Source of the DNA: a virus
Taxonomy: Duplodnaviria > Caudoviricetes
DNA length: 40,341 nt
IMG/VR virus record: IMGVR_UViG_3300048574_000399
Span: 1-40,341 of that record
Reading direction: 5' to 3' (one strand)
Part shown: positions 8,365-16,185 of the stretch, piece by piece
How positions within the stretch are numbered: position 1 is the stretch's first letter
How the letters are laid out: every line of letters starts with the position of its first letter
Translations under genes and position numbers: made by a program
Notes under the pieces: model-generated
Databases searched by the model: none
What the model was told of the DNA's origin: nothing
Seen by the model: the letters and a program-made list of their open reading frames with translations, nothing else

Positions 8365-8640
8365 ATGAACACCCTTCTCATCATCCTCAAGATCTTCCCC
8401 CTGGTTCTGGCAGCCGTCCAGGCCGTCGAGCAGGCAATTCCGCTGGCCGGCCAGGGAAACAAGAAGCTGGAACTCGTGCTCGACGTGCTCAAGTCCGCCT
8501 ATGACGGGAGCACGGACCTGGCGAAGCAATTCAGCTGGGACAAACTCGTCGCGGTGGTCGTGCCGATGATCGCGAAGATCGTCGATCTGCACAACGCGCT
8601 GGGACTGTTCCAGAAATCCGCTCAACCCAACAACGCATGA
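8365..8640 (+). CDS. Small membrane-associated protein, holin-like (91 aa)
   Basis: GGAG SD, ATG 8365; hydrophobic N-terminus then AVEQ..G.G.KKL as in LL-H-type holins; ATGA overlap with the next gene. Confidence 0.75.
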   Translation: MNTLLIILKIFPLVLAAVQAVEQAIPLAGQGNKKLELVLDVLKSAYDGSTDLAKQFSWDKLVAVVVPMIAKIVDLHNALGLFQKSAQPNNA

Positions 8641-9875
8641 CGAACCTGCAGGTAGCGGCGTGGCCGGTCGACAAGCTCATTCCTTACGCCCGGAATGCGC
8701 GCACGCATAGTGCGGAACAGGTCGCCCAAGTCGCGGCATCGATCGCCGAGTTCGGGTGGACAAATCCGATTCTGGCCGGCGCGGATGGAATCGTTATCGC
8801 CGGCCACGCGCGCCTGCTTGCAGCTCGCAAACTGGGCATGACCGAAGTTCCGGTCATCGTCCTCGATCACCTGACCGAATCCCAACGGCGTGCGCTGGTG
8901 CTGGCTGACAACCGGCTGGCACTCAACGCCGGATGGGATGAGGAGATGCTCCGCGTGGAGATTGCCGCGCTCGACGAGGACGGCTTCAACCTCGAAGTGG
9001 TCGGGTTCACCGATGAAGAGATCGAAGGGCTGCTTCGCGACCCCGAAGAAGTCCACGCCGGCAACACCGACGATGACGCGGTGCCGGAGACTCCGGAGGC
9101 CGCGCTCACCGTTCCCGGCGATGTCTGGATTCTCGGGGAGCACCGACTGCTGTGCGGCGATGCCACGCAGTTGGCCGACGTCGAGAAGGTTCTCGCGGGC
9201 GGGCTGGCAGACATGGTCTTTTGCGATCCACCGTACAACGTGAACTACGGCGCGACGATGAAAGACAGGCTCCGCGGCAACAAGCGGAGGATCGCCAACG
9301 ACAACCTTGGCCAGGACTTCGAACAGTTCCTGCGGGACGCCTGCGTGAATATCCTCGCGGTGACTAAGGGCGCGATCTACGTCTGCATGTCCTCGTCGGA
9401 GATCCACACGTTGCAGCGGGTGTTTCGCGAGGCAGGCGGCCACTGGTCCACGTTCGTCATCTGGGCGAAGAATACGTTCACGATGGGGCGTTCGGATTAT
9501 CAACGGCAATACGAACCGATCCTGTACGGCTGGAAGGAAGGCACGGATCACTTCTGGTGCGGCGCCCGTGACCAAGGCGATGTCTGGTTCGTAAAGAAGC
9601 CGGTGGTGAACGATCTCCACCCGACGATGAAGCCGGTCGAGTTGGTGGAGCGCGCCATCCGGAACAGCAGCAAGGGCCGCGACACGGTGCTCGATCCATT
9701 TGGCGGTTCCGGCACCACGATCATCGCCTGCGAGAAGGCCGGGCGACAGGCGCGCGCGATCGAGCTCGAGCCGAAGTACTGCGACGTGATCGTCTCCAGG
9801 TGGCAGGAGTTTACCGGCAAGCAAGGCCGGCTCGAACAGAAGCAGGAGGATCCGTGCCAACCCCAGGAATCATAG
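8637..9875 (+). CDS. ParB-like domain fused to N6-adenine DNA methyltransferase (DPPY type)
   Basis: ParB-like N-terminus; CDPPYNV; HPTMKPV; DPFGGSGTT. Confidence 0.93.
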   Translation: MTNLQVAAWPVDKLIPYARNARTHSAEQVAQVAASIAEFGWTNPILAGADGIVIAGHARLLAARKLGMTEVPVIVLDHLTESQRRALVLADNRLALNAGWDEEMLRVEIAALDEDGFNLEVVGFTDEEIEGLLRDPEEVHAGNTDDDAVPETPEAALTVPGDVWILGEHRLLCGDATQLADVEKVLAGGLADMVFCDPPYNVNYGATMKDRLRGNKRRIANDNLGQDFEQFLRDACVNILAVTKGAIYVCMSSSEIHTLQRVFREAGGHWSTFVIWAKNTFTMGRSDYQRQYEPILYGWKEGTDHFWCGARDQGDVWFVKKPVVNDLHPTMKPVELVERAIRNSSKGRDTVLDPFGGSGTTIIACEKAGRQARAIELEPKYCDVIVSRWQEFTGKQGRLEQKQEDPCQPQES

Positions 9876-10027
9876 TGGCCGCGATGGCCGTCGGTCTCCT
9901 GGTGATCGGAGCGCAGAAGGCCGTCCACGGGGTGAAGAAGGCAGGTCACCAAGTCGGATGCCTCGCGAAGACAGGCCACAGATGCCCGCCGAAGCCGCAG
10001 CAGCCGGTCACGAATCCGCCACGGTAG
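9854..10027 (+). CDS. Small single-TM protein (57 aa)
   Basis: GGAGGA SD before GTG 9854; IIVAAMAVGLLVIGA hydrophobic segment. Confidence 0.55.
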   Translation: MPTPGIIVAAMAVGLLVIGAQKAVHGVKKAGHQVGCLAKTGHRCPPKPQQPVTNPPR

Positions 10028-10056
10028 AAGTCGTAGGACCTGATGCCGAACGTGAG

Positions 10057-10365
10057 ATGGCGCGGTGCCGCCGTGAGATTGCAGCTATCGAAGCGCTGCT
10101 GCGCGGTGGTCACCCCGATGTTGAGGGCCTCTGTCTGGCCCTGTCGGACTGGTCGGCCGAGTTGAGAATCATCGAGAGGAAACGTGAACGAGCACTTCTT
10201 TCAGATTCTGATCCCCGCAAGCGGGTTGATCTCCGGCCTGATCGGGACCTACGTGAGCTTGCAGAACCGCGCGTTGCTGGCGGAAGTCCGGAAGGAACTG
10301 GCGGAACTGGAGAACCGGATCATCACGCGGATCAACGGCACCTACGTGAGACGTGGCGAGTGTGA
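10057..10365 (+). CDS. Possible small hypothetical protein (start and end uncertain)
   Basis: Helical segment MARCRREIAAIEALLRGGHPDVEGLCLALSDWSAELRII fills the gap between genes; the rest overlaps the next gene by 182 nt. Confidence 0.3.
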   Translation: MARCRREIAAIEALLRGGHPDVEGLCLALSDWSAELRIIERKRERALLSDSDPRKRVDLRPDRDLRELAEPRVAGGSPEGTGGTGEPDHHADQRHLRETWRV

Positions 10366-10444
10366 ACTGCGGGAAGAACTGGTCCACGAGAGGTTCGCGA
10401 CCATCACTGATGAGCTGAAGAACAGAAACGCCGCCGGCTTGTGA
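10184..10444 (+). CDS. N-terminal TM plus coiled-coil protein (lysis-associated type)
   Basis: GAGG SD, GTG start; TM ILIPASGLISGLIGTYVSL; heptad-rich tail. Confidence 0.75.
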   Translation: MNEHFFQILIPASGLISGLIGTYVSLQNRALLAEVRKELAELENRIITRINGTYVRRGECELREELVHERFATITDELKNRNAAGL

Positions 10445-10455
10445 GTCCGGCGGCG
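10420..10455 (-). terminator. Intrinsic terminator between convergent genes
   Basis: Stem CGCCGCCGG 10429-10437 / CCGGCGGCG 10447-10455, followed on the minus strand by TTTCTGTTC. Confidence 0.65.
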
Positions 10456-10471
10456 GCAAGGGAGGTGCGGG

Positions 10472-11023
10472 CTACTTGGCGAGGCGGTATGCGCGGTCGC
10501 CGCTCTCTTTTTTGAAGGACTCGACGGTGAGGCCCATCTTCTTGGTGATCGCCCCGGAGATGAACCCACGCACGCTGTGAGCCTGCCAGTCAGTCGCTGC
10601 CATGATCTCCTTGAGCGTGGCGCCGTCGGCTCGGCGCATCAGTTCCAGAACGATGGCTTTCTTGCTGCCGTCGCGCGCCGTGGGCGCCTCATCCTTGCTG
10701 GTGGCAGCCTTGGCCGCCCTGGCTTTCTTGGGCGCGGCGGGGGCTGACTCCGGCGCGGGAGCGGGCGTCAGTGCTTGGATGGCCTTCCAGATGCGGTTGA
10801 CCGCCGTCTTGCGGTCAGTGAACCTCTTGACCGGCTTCAGGCTATCGAAGGGCACCACTCCGGCGAAGCCGTTCCAGACCTCGGCGAACCGGCTGATCGG
10901 CCACTCGGTGGAGACTTTGGCAAGCTCCTTCTCGGTGGCGAAACGCTGCTGGCCTTCGGGAACCTGCTCTGCGGCGGTGAAGGCGGTGATGTTGTTGTCG
11001 GTGGTGATGGCAAAGGTGGTCAT
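10472..11023 (-). CDS. DUF3489 domain (winged-helix) protein
   Basis: SKKAIVLELMRRADGATLKEIMAATDWQAHSVRGFISG signature; AGGAG SD. Confidence 0.88.
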   Translation of the reverse strand: MTTFAITTDNNITAFTAAEQVPEGQQRFATEKELAKVSTEWPISRFAEVWNGFAGVVPFDSLKPVKRFTDRKTAVNRIWKAIQALTPAPAPESAPAAPKKARAAKAATSKDEAPTARDGSKKAIVLELMRRADGATLKEIMAATDWQAHSVRGFISGAITKKMGLTVESFKKESGDRAYRLAK

Positions 11024-11037
11024 GGTTTTCTCCTGAT

Positions 11038-11544
11038 TCAGAATTCGATTTCGTCGACGATGCGGCGCGCCTCGTCCTCTGTGAGGCTCTCGTTCAGGCC
11101 TCCCTGTTTGATCCAGCGGTCCACGGCGTCCTGAACCGCATTCCAGAAGTCCGTCTCGTTGTTGTCGAAGGGACGCTCAAAGGCTCCGCCGTACCCGTTG
11201 GCATCCACGTAGTCGTGCAGTTCGCTGAAGGATGCGCAGGTGCGAGGCACGATACCGGCGGCAACGTGAGCGAGGACCTCCCTCTTGGCGCGTTCGACAA
11301 TGGCACGCAGTTCGTCGGCACTGAAGTCGTGGGCCCTCGGATTGCGAACCGGCCTCCGCGAGCCATCCGGGGATGCTTCTGATCGGAGGCGCGCGGCGGT
11401 CCGGATGCGGACCTCGCGGCCCGTGGCGAGGTTCGTGCCGTACCAACCGCCACGCGGGTGGTCGCGGGTGATGCGGACTTTGGCCAGCGCGCCGCTGACC
11501 TTGACGATGTAGATCGATCCGATGTGTACGTTTTGCTTTTGCAT
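11038..11544 (-). CDS. Hypothetical two-domain protein
   Basis: GGAG SD before ATG at 11544; SH3-like beta N-terminus and a SFSELHDYVDANGYGG domain. Confidence 0.8.
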   Translation of the reverse strand: MQKQNVHIGSIYIVKVSGALAKVRITRDHPRGGWYGTNLATGREVRIRTAARLRSEASPDGSRRPVRNPRAHDFSADELRAIVERAKREVLAHVAAGIVPRTCASFSELHDYVDANGYGGAFERPFDNNETDFWNAVQDAVDRWIKQGGLNESLTEDEARRIVDEIEF

Positions 11545-11546
11545 GG

Positions 11547-11792
11547 TCAGTACTCCAGTCCTTTCGCATCCACCGCGCTGCGGTCGCCCAGGCTGGCGAG
11601 GACGTGAGCGAGTTCCTCGGTGACGCGGCCGAGGTCGCCAGCGTAGCCCCAGTTGGCGGGTTCCTGGGCCTGTTCCTGCTTGTGCTGCTCCAGTCGGCTG
11701 GCGATGCGTTTCAGCAGGTCCTGGGCTTCTGCGTGACGTTCCGCGTAGCATGCGTCGGCGGTTTGCTTGGTGGTCTTGGCAGTGCGTTGCAT
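11547..11792 (-). CDS. Hypothetical helical protein (81 aa)
   Basis: ATG 11792, helix-NWGYAGDL-helix; stop 2 nt from the next start. Confidence 0.8.
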   Translation of the reverse strand: MQRTAKTTKQTADACYAERHAEAQDLLKRIASRLEQHKQEQAQEPANWGYAGDLGRVTEELAHVLASLGDRSAVDAKGLEY

Positions 11793-11903
11793 CGAACACA
11801 TACATCACTTCGGTGGCGGCGGAAGGCAAGGCCGAAGTTCGACTTTTCTGAAGAAAGATTCAATGGCGGCGGGCGTGGGATTGGGTGATCGCAGGGGGTA
11901 CTT

Positions 11904-12458
11904 ATGACCGGAGTTTCCCAGCGGGCCTACGCACGGCTGCGAGGTGTAGCCCTCAGTGCGGTGCTGAAGGCGATTAAGTCAAAGAGGATCACGCCGAACG
12001 CCGACGGGACCATCGATCCGGAGCGGGCAAACCAGGAATGGGAACGCAATACGTTCGCGGGAAAGACTCTGCATCAGGCCACCAGACCGCAAGTTGCGCC
12101 CGTCAGTTCGACCGCGCCGTCGCGCGTCAGTTCGGGCATGACGGGCCAGCCCGACGTATCGAGCGATCCTGTTGCCGCGTACTTGCGGGCCCGCGCCGTC
12201 AGCGAAACCTTCAAGGCGAAGACGGCGCAGTTGGAGTATGAGGAACGGGCCGGGAAATTGATCCAGGCCACCAAGGCCGGTGAGTATGCGGCCCATTGGT
12301 CGGCGATCGTCGGTGATGCACTGTCTGCGTACCCCGATCGCGTGGCACCGCTGGTGGCCGCCGCAAAAACCGAAGCGGAGATTCACCGAATCCTTGTGGG
12401 TGAGACGAACGCTCTGCGCCGCAAGATGGCGAAGGCGATCTCGGACGCAGGTTACTGA
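11904..12458 (+). CDS. terS: Terminase small subunit
   Basis: N-terminal HTH SQRAYARLRGVALSAVLKAI, coiled coil LEYEERAGKLI, coupled to terL. Confidence 0.85.
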   Translation: MTGVSQRAYARLRGVALSAVLKAIKSKRITPNADGTIDPERANQEWERNTFAGKTLHQATRPQVAPVSSTAPSRVSSGMTGQPDVSSDPVAAYLRARAVSETFKAKTAQLEYEERAGKLIQATKAGEYAAHWSAIVGDALSAYPDRVAPLVAAAKTEAEIHRILVGETNALRRKMAKAISDAGY

Positions 12459-14383
12459 TGGGCGCGCCATTCTCGATGTACCAGGTTGGAGCGGAGGCCT
12501 TGCTGCCGCCACGGGACATCTCCGTTTCGAAGTGGGCCGACGAGAACGTGGTGCTCACCGGATCCGGCTCGGCGGAGCGGGGCCAGTGGCACACGCGACC
12601 GTACCAGCGAGAACCGATGGACGTCCTCAGCCCGAGCCATCCGTGTAAGCAGGTGGTGTTGATGTCCGCCGCCCAGATGCTGAAGACGTCGGTGATGGTG
12701 AACTTCCTGGGCTACATCGCGGACATCGATCCGGGGCCGACGCTGGCCGTGGAACCGCGATCGGAAGACGCCAAGGCTCTCTCCAAGGATCGCGTCGCGC
12801 CGCTGTTCCGGCACTCGCCGGCGCTCAAAGGAAAGCTCTCCGCGGTAAAGTCCCGCGACTCGAACAACACGGCGATGCATAAGGTGTTCGCCAACGGGTC
12901 CGGCCACATCACCTTCACCGGCGCCATCTCGCCGTCCGGCCTGGCCATGCGTCCGATCCGGTACTTGCTGCTGGACGAGATTGACAGGTACCCGGTGAGC
13001 GCCGGGTCGGAGGGCGATCCGGTATCGCTTGCGATCCAGCGCACCGGCGAGTTTGAGCACAACAAGAAGATCATCATGTGCTCGACGCCGACCGTCGACG
13101 GGGAGAGCAGGATCCAGGCTGCGTGGGACACGAGCGACCAGCGCGAGTACTTCGTGCCGTGCCCGAAGTGCAACCACTTTCAGATTCTCGTGTTCAGCGA
13201 CGGCACGGACGGCGGGTTGGTGTGGCCGGATGGCGAACCGGAGAAGGCCGCCTACTGCTGCGAGAACTGCCGGGAACTCATCCCGCACAACCAGAAATCG
13301 TGGATGGTGGAACGCGGGGAATACCGTCCGCAGAATCCCGGATCTCCAATACCCGGATTCCGGGTGTCGCAGTTGATCTCACCCAAGCGTTCCTGGGGGA
13401 CCATCGCCGCAGAGTTCCTGGTCGCCAAGGAGTCGACGGAGACGCTGAAGGCGTTCCTGAACACGGTGCTGGCGGAACTCTGGACGGAGCGCGGGTCGGC
13501 GCCCGACTGGGAAAAGGTGTATCTGCGGCGTGAGGACTACGATCTTGGGGTCGTACCGGCGAAGGGATTGCTGCTTGTAGCCGGCGTCGATGTGCAGGAC
13601 GACAGGCTCGAGGTGGAGGTCAAAGCCTATGGGCAGGGCAAGGAGTCCTGGTCGGTGGACTACCGGGTGATCCAGGTGCCCGACCACGCCGGGCAGCCGC
13701 TCAAAACTTCCTCGCCGGAAGTGTGGCAGGAGTTGGAAGCGTTGCTGGCCCTGGACTGGCCGCGCGAGTCGGGCGGCACCGCGCCCATCATGGCGATGAC
13801 GATCGACTCGGGCTTCCGGCCGCAGATGGTTTACGACTTTGCCGCGCGCCACCCGCAACCGGCGCACGGCCCCGCAGGCGACGTGATCGCCGCGCCGCGC
13901 ACCGTAGTCGCAACGAAGGGTAAGCCGGACTTTTTGAAGCTGATCGTGTCGGTGTCGCCGACCGACGCCTCACGCAAGCGGCAGAACGTCCGGATCTGGC
14001 ACATCGGCACGCACTGGGCGAAGCAGGAGTTCTACGACTGGCTGCGGATCGTGCTGCCCGACGATGGCACGTACCCACCCGGATACCAGCACTACGCTTA
14101 CAAGGATCAGGACTTTTATCGCGGGCTCTGCTCCGAGAAGCGGATCATCCGGTCGACCGGGAAGGTGGAGTGGGTGCCGGATAAATCGGTCCGGAACGAG
14201 CCTCTCGATCTGGCGGTGCTCTGCCGCGCGGCTGCGGCCGTCTGTGGGATCGATCGGTTCACGGAGGAGGATTGGGCGGAACTTGAGGGCACGACGCCGG
14301 AACCGCCGCGGACCGTGCGCCGGGACGATTACTTCGGCAACCGCCCCGATGGTTGGTTCGGTAGCAAGGACTGGTTCAAATGA
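12458..14383 (+). CDS. terL: Terminase large subunit, lambda gpA family
   Basis: PYQREPMD, SAAQMLKT Walker A, LLLDEID Walker B, STPT, CPKC..CENC, GVDVQDDR, RNEPLD; 641 aa. Confidence 0.97.
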   Translation: MGAPFSMYQVGAEALLPPRDISVSKWADENVVLTGSGSAERGQWHTRPYQREPMDVLSPSHPCKQVVLMSAAQMLKTSVMVNFLGYIADIDPGPTLAVEPRSEDAKALSKDRVAPLFRHSPALKGKLSAVKSRDSNNTAMHKVFANGSGHITFTGAISPSGLAMRPIRYLLLDEIDRYPVSAGSEGDPVSLAIQRTGEFEHNKKIIMCSTPTVDGESRIQAAWDTSDQREYFVPCPKCNHFQILVFSDGTDGGLVWPDGEPEKAAYCCENCRELIPHNQKSWMVERGEYRPQNPGSPIPGFRVSQLISPKRSWGTIAAEFLVAKESTETLKAFLNTVLAELWTERGSAPDWEKVYLRREDYDLGVVPAKGLLLVAGVDVQDDRLEVEVKAYGQGKESWSVDYRVIQVPDHAGQPLKTSSPEVWQELEALLALDWPRESGGTAPIMAMTIDSGFRPQMVYDFAARHPQPAHGPAGDVIAAPRTVVATKGKPDFLKLIVSVSPTDASRKRQNVRIWHIGTHWAKQEFYDWLRIVLPDDGTYPPGYQHYAYKDQDFYRGLCSEKRIIRSTGKVEWVPDKSVRNEPLDLAVLCRAAAAVCGIDRFTEEDWAELEGTTPEPPRTVRRDDYFGNRPDGWFGSKDWFK

Positions 14384-14592
14384 TCCAAACCACGGAGCTG
14401 CAATCGATGCGCGACGCGCTGCAACGCGCCATCTTCAGTGGGACTCGCCGGGTGCAGTTCACCGACCGCGCCGTTGAGTACAACAGCGTCGACGACATGC
14501 GAAAGGCGCTCGCCGACATCGATTCAGCGATCGCCGCCGGTTCGGGTTCGACGCCATCCTCTTTCAGCCTGGCCATGCACAGCAGGGATTGA
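14380..14592 (+). CDS. Head completion protein, gpW-like
   Basis: 70 aa helix-hairpin-helix (GTRRVQFTDRAVEY) between terL and portal. Confidence 0.88.
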   Translation: MIQTTELQSMRDALQRAIFSGTRRVQFTDRAVEYNSVDDMRKALADIDSAIAAGSGSTPSSFSLAMHSRD

Positions 14593-16158
14593 ATGAACGC
14601 CCTCGACAGAGTGATCGGTTACTTCTCGCCCGAGCGGGCCTATCGCCGCGCGCGATTCCGCGCCGCAGCAGAGATGTTTGCGTATGACGGTGCGAAGTCG
14701 GGCCGTCGCACGGACGGATGGGTAGCCGCGGGCGGCGACGCAAACACTGAGGTTGGCGCCTCTCTGATCAACCTGCGCAACCGGTCGCGCGATCTGCTGC
14801 GCAACAATCCATACGCCAGCAAGGCCATTGCGGAACTGGTCGGCAACACCGTGGGAACCGGAATCGTTCCACAGGCGAAGACTGGGACGCCTGAGCTCGA
14901 CAAGATCATCGACGGGGAGTGGCTCTACTTCGCCGAGAACTGCGATCCGGGCGGGCAGTTGGACTTCTACGGAATGCAGGCCCTCATCGTGCGGACCACC
15001 GCCGAGAGTGGTGACGGGATCGTCCGTTTCCGGCAGCGGTTGCCGCAGGACAATTTCCGGGTGCCCCTCCAGTTGCAGGTGTTGGAAGGGGACTTCCTCG
15101 ACATCTCCCGCACGATGGGGATTGCGACCGGCCACATCATCCAGGGCATTCAATTCAACCTCTACGGGCAGCGCGAATATTACTGGCTTTACAACTACCA
15201 CCCGGGCGGCGTCTTCATGCTGAATCCGCGCGGCGGAATCCTGAGCCAGCCGGTGCCGGCCTCCCAGGTGATGCATACATACTGCATCCTGCGGCCCGGC
15301 CAGGTGCGCGGTGTGCCGTGGCTGGCGCCGGTGATGCTGGCGATGCGGGACCTTGACGACTACCGGGACGCGGAGCGCATGCGGAAGAAGACCGAGGCGT
15401 GCCTGGCGGGGATCGTGACTCGCCCCGAAGGCTCGGGCGGCCTGCCGCTGGGTGCGAAGTCCACGGACCCGAAAACCGGGAACACACTGGAGCGGATGTA
15501 TCCCGGCATGATCGAGTATTTGAAGCCGGGCGAGGACATCAAGTTCAATGCGCCGTCGCCGGTTGGCGGCTACCGCGACTACCTGATGACCGAACTTCAG
15601 GGCATCGGCGCGGGTATCGACGTTCCGTATGAGTTGCTGTCCGGGGATTTGTCGAACGTCAATTACTCTTCGTATCGTGCGGGCATGCTGGGGTTCCGTA
15701 ACGCCATCGAGGCGTTCCGGTGGTTGACGCTGATCCCGATGTACTGCCGGCCGACGTGGCGCAGGTTCATTGACACCCTGGTTTTCATCGGCAAGATTCC
15801 CGAGGCGAACTACGGCGTGCAATGGACGGCCCCCAAGTTCGAATCGGTGGATCCGCTGAAGGACGCCATGGCCGAGTTGAAGCGCATCCGCACCGGCACA
15901 TTGACGTTGTCCGAGGCGATCGCGCAGAACGGGTACGACCCCGAGAAGCAGTTGCAGGAAATTCGCCGGATGAACGACCTGCTCGACGAGTTGCAGATCA
16001 TTCTGGACTGCGATCCGCGCCGGGTGAGCGACAAGGGCGTTGAGCAGGCGGGCGGCAGCGAGAATGCGCCGGAGCCACCGGCGAAACCGAACCAGGCGGG
16101 CACAGTGAGACATGCGGCCCGGCAGTGGGATTCACCCACCAGAAGCTACACCTCGTAA
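14593..16158 (+). CDS. Portal protein, lambda family
   Basis: LRNRSRDLLRNNPYA, RPGQVRGVPWLAPV, GDLSNVNYSSYRAG, VDPLKD. Confidence 0.97.
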   Translation: MNALDRVIGYFSPERAYRRARFRAAAEMFAYDGAKSGRRTDGWVAAGGDANTEVGASLINLRNRSRDLLRNNPYASKAIAELVGNTVGTGIVPQAKTGTPELDKIIDGEWLYFAENCDPGGQLDFYGMQALIVRTTAESGDGIVRFRQRLPQDNFRVPLQLQVLEGDFLDISRTMGIATGHIIQGIQFNLYGQREYYWLYNYHPGGVFMLNPRGGILSQPVPASQVMHTYCILRPGQVRGVPWLAPVMLAMRDLDDYRDAERMRKKTEACLAGIVTRPEGSGGLPLGAKSTDPKTGNTLERMYPGMIEYLKPGEDIKFNAPSPVGGYRDYLMTELQGIGAGIDVPYELLSGDLSNVNYSSYRAGMLGFRNAIEAFRWLTLIPMYCRPTWRRFIDTLVFIGKIPEANYGVQWTAPKFESVDPLKDAMAELKRIRTGTLTLSEAIAQNGYDPEKQLQEIRRMNDLLDELQIILDCDPRRVSDKGVEQAGGSENAPEPPAKPNQAGTVRHAARQWDSPTRSYTS

Positions 16159-16185
16159 CTCAAGCAATAAAGGAAGGAGTCTTTC

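Noticed and set aside
7552-8640. 362-aa ORF as one gene
   Set aside because: Only the last 91 codons (from ATG 8365 with SD) look coding; the upstream part overlaps two better genes
4751-9875. Restriction-modification system
   Set aside because: No endonuclease or specificity subunit recognisable; the MTases appear to be orphans
11038-11829. 263-aa minus ORF as listed
   Set aside because: Real start is probably ATG 11544; the extension overlaps the 11547-11792 gene
12458-16158. Inteins or introns in terminase or portal
   Set aside because: Lengths (641 and 521 aa) fit uninterrupted lambda-family proteins and no splice motifs were seen
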